47,694 nt of DNA from the IMG/VR virus record IMGVR_UViG_3300030618_000030; one strand, written 5' to 3'. This DNA is from a virus. Positions 27,012 to 34,116 of this stretch are shown piece by piece (the first letter of the stretch is position 1; every line of letters starts with the position of its first letter). The notes under the pieces are model-generated. The model was not told where the DNA came from and searched no databases. It worked only from the letters and a program-made list of their open reading frames with translations. The translations under genes were made by a program, and so were the position numbers.

Positions 27012-27508
27012 TGGTTCAACGTCGAACACTTGTGACGGTACTTGGAAGCGCTACGGTCGCCGCTGCGGCGCTTGCATTCGTTCCGCACAACGAAGGTCGG
27101 AGCAACACGCCATATGCAGACACGGGCGGCACGTGGACGGTTTGCGACGGTCAAACGGGCGTGCCCATGCATTACTACACCAACGCCCAATGCGATGCGA
27201 TGCTGTCGGTTACGCTCACGAGTATTGCTGCGCAAATTGAAGCGAACACACCGGACTATGCAGCGCTACCCGATGGCGTCAAAGTTGCAACATTGGATTT
27301 TACGTATAACGTTGGCGTGAACGCGTACAAAGATTCGATGTACCACACGATGCTACTTGAAAAGAAGTTGCCCGCGGCGTGTGATCAGTTGTTGCGTTGG
27401 CGATTTGTCGCCGGCAAAGATTGCAGCGTGCGCGCAAACAACTGTTACGGCGTATGGCAACGCCGACAGGCTGAAAAGGAGATGTGCACAAGTGGCAAAC
27501 TATCCTGA
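27011..27508 (+). CDS. SAR endolysin, glycoside hydrolase family 24 (T4/P21-type lysozyme)
   Basis: N-terminal weakly hydrophobic Gly/Ala-rich segment TLVTVLGSATVAAAALAFV, followed by the catalytic triad E28-x8-D37-x5-T43. Confidence 0.85.
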   Translation: MVQRRTLVTVLGSATVAAAALAFVPHNEGRSNTPYADTGGTWTVCDGQTGVPMHYYTNAQCDAMLSVTLTSIAAQIEANTPDYAALPDGVKVATLDFTYNVGVNAYKDSMYHTMLLEKKLPAACDQLLRWRFVAGKDCSVRANNCYGVWQRRQAEKEMCTSGKLS

Positions 27509-27731
27509 CGTGCCGACCGCAACAGCGGCGATTCAGGCGCATCCCGTATGCGCAACGTTCAAGGCGATACCGGCCGCGTTCGTTGTCTACTATCCGCCTA
27601 CTTACACTGTGCCGGGCGGTGCGATGGTCAAGCGCGGCGCACCCGAAAACGATCTTGTCATGCTGAATCAGTTATACGATTTGATCGATCGATTCTGGTC
27701 AGCGCAACGCTTGCAAGTCCCGGCGCAATAG
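27492..27731 (+). CDS. hypothetical protein (79 aa) at the end of the lysis cassette
   Basis: GTG start 10 nt after AAGGAG. Overlaps the endolysin 3' end by 17 nt and ends 1 nt before the bidirectional terminator. Confidence 0.4.
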   Translation: MANYPDVPTATAAIQAHPVCATFKAIPAAFVVYYPPTYTVPGGAMVKRGAPENDLVMLNQLYDLIDRFWSAQRLQVPAQ

Positions 27732-27760
27732 AAAAAGCCCGCTCGATGCGGGCTTTTTTT
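27732..27760. terminator. bidirectional intrinsic terminator between convergent genes
   Basis: AAAAA-gcccgc-tcgat-gcgggc-TTTTTTT. Confidence 0.8.
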
Positions 27761-27995
27761 ACTTACTAAGTAGTTCCACGCAGATATCTTTTATCTTTTC
27801 AGCAATGCGCTTTTTATCGCGCTTTACGGTATAAGGCTTTCCAACCAAAGTCCACGTACTACCGTCTAGGTATTCTTTGCGGATCGTACCGTCCGTTGAT
27901 TCAACCGCACGCACCTTTGTATTGTCAGAGTAGGTAATTTGGTAAGCCACTTCGCCGTTTGTGCTGTATTTCGCTGCGTCGGTTACGGTGATCAT
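27759..27995 (-). CDS. hypothetical protein (78 aa) in an autonomous promoter-gene-terminator cassette
   Basis: ATG with GGAG 6 nt upstream. It has its own class I promoter (P6) and the bidirectional terminator. It looks AT-richer than its neighbours by eye. Confidence 0.7.
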   Translation of the reverse strand: MITVTDAAKYSTNGEVAYQITYSDNTKVRAVESTDGTIRKEYLDGSTWTLVGKPYTVKRDKKRIAEKIKDICVELLSK

Positions 27996-28024
27996 GGTTT
28001 GCTCCGCTTCGTTTCAGTGATTCC

Positions 28025-28053
28025 ACTATAGAACACTATTGACGGTTTTGCAA
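28025..28053 (-). promoter_or_regulatory. sigma70-like promoter P6 (class I spacer motif), minus strand
   Basis: Reverse complement reads TTGCAA, 17-nt spacer AACCGTCAATAGTGttc, TATAGT. Confidence 0.7.
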
Positions 28054-28179
28054 ACTATTTACGCTTTTCGGTTGTCGGTCGTGTGTTGGTATTTTGTGAT
28101 AACTCCAAGCGAAGCAACCGCACAAGTGGGCCGCGATGGACAGCGGCACGACTGAGGCACAGCAAAGAGCTATCAACAT
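28036..28179 (-). CDS. possible 47-aa Cys-rich hydrophobic micropeptide (MLIALCCASVVPLSIAAHLCGCFAW...)
   Basis: Hand-translated. GGAG 7 nt upstream, and the start is 2 nt after the upstream TGA. The 3' end overlaps promoter P6. Confidence 0.3.
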   Translation of the reverse strand: MLIALCCASVVPLSIAAHLCGCFAWSYHKIPTHDRQPKSVNSLQNRQ

Positions 28180-28181
28180 GG

Positions 28182-28397
28182 TCAACTCCTAAGTATGAAC
28201 GACTGTTTAACGTACTGGTTTGCGGCTTCAACTGCTCGATCCAAGTTCGAACCTTTGTACAACGCGCCTGGGGTCCGCGTAAATTCCCCATTCGGAATGC
28301 GTTTGTAAGCATGCGTGCTGTATGTCATCGTCGTTACGTCGCGCAACACGATGGACAGAAGGTTGTCGGTTTTGACAATTTCAACAATGTTTTGCAT
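28182..28397 (-). CDS. hypothetical protein (71 aa)
   Basis: ATG ORF 1 nt downstream of the preceding stop, in the leftward operon. Confidence 0.6.
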   Translation of the reverse strand: MQNIVEIVKTDNLLSIVLRDVTTMTYSTHAYKRIPNGEFTRTPGALYKGSNLDRAVEAANQYVKQSFILRS

Positions 28398-28398
28398 A

Positions 28399-28563
28399 TC
28401 AGTGTAAATAGCTCTTGTTGCAAATCATGGGCATTGGGCCTGTATCGCGAATCTGGCTAAATATCGACCCAACGGCTTCAACTTCGGTCCCGGCGACAGC
28501 GCGCACTAGCCACCATTCGCTAGAACCGTCTGGTGCATACGCGATCAAATGATAGTACGTCAT
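28399..28563 (-). CDS. hypothetical protein (54 aa, MTYYHLIAYAPDGSSEWWLVRAV...)
   Basis: Hand-translated. ATGA overlap with the polymerase stop, and no internal stops. Confidence 0.5.
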   Translation of the reverse strand: MTYYHLIAYAPDGSSEWWLVRAVAGTEVEAVGSIFSQIRDTGPMPMICNKSYLH

Positions 28564-30455
28564 ATCAGCCTCATTTCGCGCAGCAGTTCGTTAGCGTGCC
28601 GTACGTAGTATTCATAATCTACCCAGTCGGGCATACGGTCCGGCAATGTCATAACGGGCCAGCCCCCTTTACTATCCGCAACTTGATTACCGCTACCCTT
28701 CATATACAGCGCGCCATCGTAATCCCGACGATATACCCATCGAACCACTTTGCCCATGTATTCCGTTTGGCCGGGCGCGTCTTGGTCGAACTGTTCGCGC
28801 TCCGTACCTTCGTGTATGCGCCGCACGCAACCGCCTTTAGGCGCCCGAACAGTGACAAACTTGCGCACGTCGCGGCACCTGTAAATCGTTTGGTCAACCG
28901 GCGTATTGTCTTTAACGAATGCAATAACCGCATCGCTACAAATTTCGCGGTGCGGCGCCTTACTACCGCTTGGGCCGCTACCAACTTCGGGCGGCGTGAA
29001 CAGACCCTTACGCTTCACCTCACCATCAAGCGTAATAGCGAAATAATTATTCACATCGCGCATGTAGATACCGCGATAGTGGGTCGTCTCAAGTTCCATT
29101 TGGGTTTGCGCTTCCCACTCGTTCATAATGGCTATGCGGCGCGCTGTGAGTATCCTGGGCGTGCGTGTCACTATGCCGTCGGTATTGGCCGACACAACGC
29201 TTATGCCAGCGAGTTCCAAGCGCTCTATCAACATCAATAGCATTAGCTGACCTGTTATCGTTGTTTGAATCAATAATTCAGGCTCGTAAAAGAATGAGTA
29301 CGGTGAACCGAGCTTGCCAAATTTACCGTTCAAAACAATCTTTTTGGACCCTGCTTCTTTCTTACGTTTGGCCGCTTTTGCCGCCATTCGTTCAAGGTAC
29401 GTCGCGGTATAAATAGCGAGTTCCTGCGGCCCGCACGCTTGCGGGTACAGACCCAAGCTGATAAGAATTTTGGGATAGAACCCACCCACGTCATCATCGC
29501 AAATTTCGTGCGTATCTGTTGTTTCATAATAAACACCGTGTTCCTGCGAGTGCAATCCACCCGCACCAAATTTATAGACGCTCGAACCTATCGATACGCG
29601 AACCTTTGCAACGTCGCCATGCATGCGAATGCCGGACTTTTTCGGCTTGCCCGTCACTTCGTCAATCTCGCCGGTTGATTCTTCTTTACGCAATACTGTG
29701 AACGACGACGATGACACAATGCGCAACACATCTTGTAACTGAGGCGTTTGGAATTGGATACACGTGGGCACTTTATAGAGAAACTGAAACCCATGCTCGA
29801 CAACGCGGGGTGTTGGCCGGAATCCTAACTTTGCTCGTGTGATTGCTTCTGCAATCTGTGCATCTGATTTGCTGCGAACGTCGATACCAATTTCCGCGCT
29901 AATGTGTTCGCGCAGCGGCAACCACTCCTTTTCGATTGCGATCTTGTAAAGCGCTTGCGTCGTCAACAGGTCGTTGCCGCAGTACTTCGATAGCTGCATA
30001 CGTTGCAGCGGCGCAATATCCTCGCTCGGATCAATCGGCAAATCTTGGATGGTCGGACAATGCGCAATGCCCCCGTAAGTCTTGAGCGAAATGCGCACGC
30101 CTGGAAGAATTTCCATAATGTCGATGTGATCGGTGAAGGCCGGCATATTGACGTTATACGCCCGGTAGAAATCCCAAGGCTTTAGACCCTTGGTAATGAT
30201 CATATCGTTAGCGTCTTTCAACTGCTGATTCGTCGCACCGGATAGAGCGAGCGCCAAAATCGGACAGTCGTAATTGTTGCCGTTGAATGTCACTATAGTG
30301 TGGCGTGCCAACACTGACAGAATGCCGAGTGCGTTTAGCCGCGTGCCGGGTATGAGCACAAAGTCAAGAAACGAGCCATCATTTTCGAACAGGAACTTAC
30401 ACAGAAAATAGTTGCGGTAGGTTTCGAGGTCGCAGTACGCAATAGGGCGTGACAT
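28560..30455 (-). CDS. DNA polymerase with 3'-5' exonuclease domain (family-B-like motifs)
   Basis: Exo I CDLET, Exo II NGNNYDCPIL, Exo III YCGNDLL. Polymerase motif A DVGGFYPKIL, motif B KIVLNGKFGKLG, motif C SANTDGI. Confidence 0.8.
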   Translation of the reverse strand: MSRPIAYCDLETYRNYFLCKFLFENDGSFLDFVLIPGTRLNALGILSVLARHTIVTFNGNNYDCPILALALSGATNQQLKDANDMIITKGLKPWDFYRAYNVNMPAFTDHIDIMEILPGVRISLKTYGGIAHCPTIQDLPIDPSEDIAPLQRMQLSKYCGNDLLTTQALYKIAIEKEWLPLREHISAEIGIDVRSKSDAQIAEAITRAKLGFRPTPRVVEHGFQFLYKVPTCIQFQTPQLQDVLRIVSSSSFTVLRKEESTGEIDEVTGKPKKSGIRMHGDVAKVRVSIGSSVYKFGAGGLHSQEHGVYYETTDTHEICDDDVGGFYPKILISLGLYPQACGPQELAIYTATYLERMAAKAAKRKKEAGSKKIVLNGKFGKLGSPYSFFYEPELLIQTTITGQLMLLMLIERLELAGISVVSANTDGIVTRTPRILTARRIAIMNEWEAQTQMELETTHYRGIYMRDVNNYFAITLDGEVKRKGLFTPPEVGSGPSGSKAPHREICSDAVIAFVKDNTPVDQTIYRCRDVRKFVTVRAPKGGCVRRIHEGTEREQFDQDAPGQTEYMGKVVRWVYRRDYDGALYMKGSGNQVADSKGGWPVMTLPDRMPDWVDYEYYVRHANELLREMRLI

Positions 30456-30462
30456 AGTGATC

Positions 30463-30490
30463 CAAAAGAAACGCCCGCAACAAGCGGGCG
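30463..30490 (-). terminator. minus-strand intrinsic terminator/attenuator between the SSB-like and polymerase genes
   Basis: On the minus strand: cgcccgc-ttgtt-gcgggcg followed by TTTCTTTT. Confidence 0.55.
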
Positions 30491-30511
30491 CGTATTGACG
30501 ATCAGGCTATC

Positions 30512-31549
30512 TTAAACCAAGTAGCCATGTTGACGCATCATCGCATCATCCCATCCGTTCGCCTTGAACGAGTCGTATGTACCTAACGCTTGCCCGGCTT
30601 CGGTAAGCGTCGGACCAACCGCGGGAGCAGGCGGCACAACTGGCGGGGGTGGTGGAATGACCGGCGCGGGCGGCACGGGCACTGCTGCGGGCGCGGGGGC
30701 CGGATAGAGCGCCGCAACGTCGCCAGCGGCTTTAACATCCTGACCTTTGTAGTAATAGCCCGGTGAGGTCGGGTGCGGAATCCAGCCGTTAGCGACAGCG
30801 ACCGCTAACGCATCGTGTGGTGCTGCGGGTACTTGCGGAACGGCACCGGGTGCGAGCGGTACGGCCGGCGCATTGGCAGGCGTGGCACCAACGACACAAC
30901 CGGCAGGGAGTGTACCAGCGGCAACGCCAGCAAATGCCGTGCCCGCATCGGCGCCTTTTACAATTTCCGGGCCGCTACCGACAAGACAAACCAAGTTGCC
31001 ATTCATATAGACGCCCGGCGTTTCCGATCCGGTGTTGGGTTTGACCTCGCCCGATACGGCGACGAAGTACCCCGGCTTGATTCGCGTTTGATCGTGAATT
31101 TGCTGCTCAGGCGCGAACTTGCCGATATCGAAACAACGCGGCGCATACATCGAGGAAAACGAAACGACCCAATGCCCGGCGTAACCTTCTTTCGCATTGT
31201 TCGGTTTGCCGTTTTTATCGAATCCGTCGCCGTCTTTGATCTTGAACGTAAGACTTGGGTTTGTGCAACCCGGTTTGCCTGTGAACGGATCGATAGGCCC
31301 ATTGAAGAATTGCGGGTATCCGGTGCGAGCGATATCGATAACGGTACGGAAGAATACATTAAATTCTTCGTTGGGCATGCCGTTAGCGAGCATCTTCGGG
31401 TATGCCACACCGAAAGACCATTGCATTGCAGGCTTACCAGCATTCGGGCCACTTTTTATAAGGCGCGGCTGACCCGTCTTATAGTCCTTATCGGACCCGT
31501 TGAACACACTGCCGTAGACCATTCGCCCTACTGGGGTTGTGAATTCCAT
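30512..31549 (-). CDS. ssDNA-binding protein (DUF2815 / T7 gp2.5-like, tentative) with a Pro/Ala-rich tail
   Basis: The N-terminal ~200 aa (…VGRMVYGSVF…FKIKDGDGFDKNG…YAGHWVVSFSS…GVYMNGNLVCLV) resemble the DUF2815 layout. The gene lies in the DUF2800-DUF2815-polymerase arrangement. Confidence 0.6.
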   Translation of the reverse strand: MEFTTPVGRMVYGSVFNGSDKDYKTGQPRLIKSGPNAGKPAMQWSFGVAYPKMLANGMPNEEFNVFFRTVIDIARTGYPQFFNGPIDPFTGKPGCTNPSLTFKIKDGDGFDKNGKPNNAKEGYAGHWVVSFSSMYAPRCFDIGKFAPEQQIHDQTRIKPGYFVAVSGEVKPNTGSETPGVYMNGNLVCLVGSGPEIVKGADAGTAFAGVAAGTLPAGCVVGATPANAPAVPLAPGAVPQVPAAPHDALAVAVANGWIPHPTSPGYYYKGQDVKAAGDVAALYPAPAPAAVPVPPAPVIPPPPPVVPPAPAVGPTLTEAGQALGTYDSFKANGWDDAMMRQHGYLV

Positions 31550-31555
31550 CTTGTG

Positions 31556-32704
31556 TTACTCCAAAGTCAATTTAGAAAACGCTTTAGCGATGCTGTTAGC
31601 ATCAAAGCGAACTAGCTTTGCCTCGCCGCGCTTTCTCGCCGCATATGCGTCGATCAATTCCCGCGGTATTACGTTTGCTGCTTGCGTGGGCGTTATTGCC
31701 GCTTCGCGCTTGCGCAAATTCTTACCCATCAAATCCCCCATTGCGATAGCGCTTTGTTCCGCGTCGTCGTCAATCCAATCGAGCCGACCTTTGCCGGATT
31801 GGATCGCAAAATGGGGCAACGTCTCACCACGCCGAATCATATGCGCAGCATGCGCACGTAAGCCGGTTAGCCGCGCTTCTAACATTCGCTGTGCTTCTTC
31901 GATACGTAGCAACTCGTAATCGACAGCCGCAACGGTTATTTCGTTTAACGCCGCCTCACCCGCAACCTCTAGCGCACGCATGCCAGCCGCATGACACGTG
32001 ACACAAACCGCACGTGCGCCGCAGTCGTCACACTGAGAGCCAGCCGTACACATCGCGCCATCGCCCATCGCAACAGCCGCAGCACGCGCTAATTCCGCAA
32101 TGTATGGGTACACATCCATAAGCCGCGTTGTATGCGTGCGTACCGGTCCGTCACGATGGTACGCACGCGGCTGAACGATGACAAATTCAACGACGGCATT
32201 GGGCGTTTCCCAAGCCGGGTTTTCATCGAGAATCGCGGCTAAATATCCAATCAATTGCGGATTGGGGAAAACTTCAACTGGTCGATAACCTCCTTTTAGA
32301 TCGGGCAAAATAATTTTCGGTTTGAACAAATCATGCCCGAATGCGTCAGGCGTTCCACCACATTTTGGGTGGATGCGCCGGGCAGCAAGTTGTTCCTCTA
32401 TGCGCCACGGTATCAGTGCATACGAATTGAGCACTTCGCAATAAAATGCTGCGCTATCGATAATGTCGTCGGTCAATATGACACCATTCGGCGCAACATC
32501 TCCAACTTCTGGCAATACCTCAAATACGTCCATCAGTCGTTGCGCAACCCAATGCATCGCCGTACCTTCGTCGCGTATCGTATTATCCTGCTCATCTTCA
32601 ATAATACCGGTTTCGGGGCGCCGGTTCATTCGCACAAACGCGGCGCACTTCGCCCAATACGCGGCCTGTGAAAGCCGCAACTCAAACGGGCTTTCGTCGG
32701 CCAT
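31556..32704 (-). CDS. PD-(D/E)XK nuclease, DUF2800/Cas4-like with a C-terminal Cys cluster
   Basis: In-frame ATG at 32704, 1 nt after the upstream stop. Contains ...ILPDLKGGYRPVEVFPNPQLIGYLAAIL... and CTAGSQCDDCGARAVCVTC. Confidence 0.7.
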   Translation of the reverse strand: MADESPFELRLSQAAYWAKCAAFVRMNRRPETGIIEDEQDNTIRDEGTAMHWVAQRLMDVFEVLPEVGDVAPNGVILTDDIIDSAAFYCEVLNSYALIPWRIEEQLAARRIHPKCGGTPDAFGHDLFKPKIILPDLKGGYRPVEVFPNPQLIGYLAAILDENPAWETPNAVVEFVIVQPRAYHRDGPVRTHTTRLMDVYPYIAELARAAAVAMGDGAMCTAGSQCDDCGARAVCVTCHAAGMRALEVAGEAALNEITVAAVDYELLRIEEAQRMLEARLTGLRAHAAHMIRRGETLPHFAIQSGKGRLDWIDDDAEQSAIAMGDLMGKNLRKREAAITPTQAANVIPRELIDAYAARKRGEAKLVRFDANSIAKAFSKLTLE

Positions 32705-32705
32705 G

Positions 32706-34037
32706 TTAGACCGCGCCGTACGCTTGAAGGGTTTCGACAAAATGCGGGAAGAAATCCCCACGCGATGCGGCGAGTGCAATTTGTCCAACACCGGCAGCAT
32801 CAGCAAAGCCGAACGAACCCGCAACCTCGGACGGCGCCGTTGCAGTAATGCGCCCGGCTTTCTGGTTTTGCACAATCCAACGCATCAACAGCGGGAACGA
32901 CGTACCCGCATCCGTAGCGCTAACAGTCGGCAAACCTGGGGCGGCTGGCGTCACGGCCGGTGCAACGGGTACCGATAGAACAACAGGTGAAGACGAAGCC
33001 GCGCCAACTTGGGAAGTAGCAACCAGTGCCGCACCGTTTCCCCTCAGTTCCGCCATAACCGCTAACTTCGTTTCGGGTGATACGTCCATGCGCTGATCGA
33101 ACACACCTTCGGAATTGACCGACCACGGTGTGACGTGAATACGCGCATCGTGCGGCAAGCCGGTTGTATCGTGCGCAGGCGGCAACGGCGCCGGGGGCGT
33201 GAGTTGCACCTCGCCGGCCATAAACGCCTTATATGCAGCGTTACGCTTCGCGGAATAAGCGTTGAACCATGCGGCTTGCTCTTCGGAAACGGTCGTCGGA
33301 ATGTTGCTATTCAACGCTTTTAGCGTCGCTTCGTCTAACGGCGTCGGGCCGCATACTTTGCGTGCTTCTGCATCGGCGTAGGCGAGTGCGTTGGTTTTTT
33401 TGGTCAACGCGTCCGCATCGCTCGATGCATGATGTTGCGTCGCTGGCGGCGTGAGTGCGGCAAGTTGGCGTAATTGAGCCTCAACGTCCCGAATGGTGCT
33501 ATCCGTCACGCCGCGCTTTTTGCGCCAATAGCCCTTATCCGTCATCGTCGGCTCTTTGCTGTGGATACGTACATCGTGCGGGATACCGTCTTTATCAAGT
33601 ACGACGCCGGCATGGTTCGAAGGGGCCACATTGCCCGCGGGGGCAAGCGCCGCGTTCGCGATAGGGGGTACAGGTATTGACGATGCGGGCGGCGTAGTTT
33701 GAGAAGTAGCCGCGTTCCCCGTCGGGGCAGTCTGCAACGCTTCGGCAACCGCACCAGACTGGGCATTTACGGTTGCAGGTTGGTTTCCCGCGGCACCGTT
33801 CATTAGAGCGCCGAATGCGATGGCCGGATTCAACTCGACGCCTACGGCCGGGTTATTCGCGCCGATACTTTCGACGGCACGCTTGATATGCGACGGCACG
33901 GGCGGCGTACTGGTCTGCAAACACTCAACGACGTGCATAATTTCAGCCGTTTGCATTTCAAGCCACTGCGCCACTTGATACAGAATGACCTCGCTTGCCT
34001 CATTCGGGTCAAATGCGAAAACTAGTTGCGGTTGCAT
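32706..34037 (-). CDS. hypothetical protein (443 aa), first gene of the leftward replication operon
   Basis: ATG with an AGGA RBS downstream of promoter P7. Ala/Pro-rich linkers and two copies of G-[IL]-P-H-D-[VA]-R-I-H. Confidence 0.7.
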   Translation of the reverse strand: MQPQLVFAFDPNEASEVILYQVAQWLEMQTAEIMHVVECLQTSTPPVPSHIKRAVESIGANNPAVGVELNPAIAFGALMNGAAGNQPATVNAQSGAVAEALQTAPTGNAATSQTTPPASSIPVPPIANAALAPAGNVAPSNHAGVVLDKDGIPHDVRIHSKEPTMTDKGYWRKKRGVTDSTIRDVEAQLRQLAALTPPATQHHASSDADALTKKTNALAYADAEARKVCGPTPLDEATLKALNSNIPTTVSEEQAAWFNAYSAKRNAAYKAFMAGEVQLTPPAPLPPAHDTTGLPHDARIHVTPWSVNSEGVFDQRMDVSPETKLAVMAELRGNGAALVATSQVGAASSSPVVLSVPVAPAVTPAAPGLPTVSATDAGTSFPLLMRWIVQNQKAGRITATAPSEVAGSFGFADAAGVGQIALAASRGDFFPHFVETLQAYGAV

Positions 34038-34079
34038 GTTTTAGTCCTATTGATGGGTTATGATTGCACAACGGATTTG

Positions 34080-34108
34080 AGGATATAACGTTAATAACGG
34101 TTTTGCAA
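34080..34108 (-). promoter_or_regulatory. promoter P7 (class II, near-palindromic operator in the spacer), minus strand
   Basis: Reverse complement reads TTGCAA, spacer AACCGTTATTAACGTTA, TATCCT. The operator at 34088-34101 has one mismatch. Confidence 0.6.
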
Positions 34109-34116
34109 GGGGCAAC

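Noticed and set aside
28533-29240. 235-aa + strand ORF antisense to the DNA polymerase, and the similar 266-aa ORF 30815-31615 antisense to the SSB-like gene.
   Set aside because: The minus-strand products carry clear polymerase and SSB motifs. The antisense translations are Arg/His-rich with no motifs or expression signals.
31556-32875. N-terminal 57-aa extension of the DUF2800-like ORF (track start 32875), and similar extensions of 12037-12885, 26239-26724, 22658-23458 and 44611-45288.
   Set aside because: The extensions overlap the preceding gene or, for 45288, lie upstream of the gene's own promoter. Internal ATGs coincide with the upstream stop or have an RBS.
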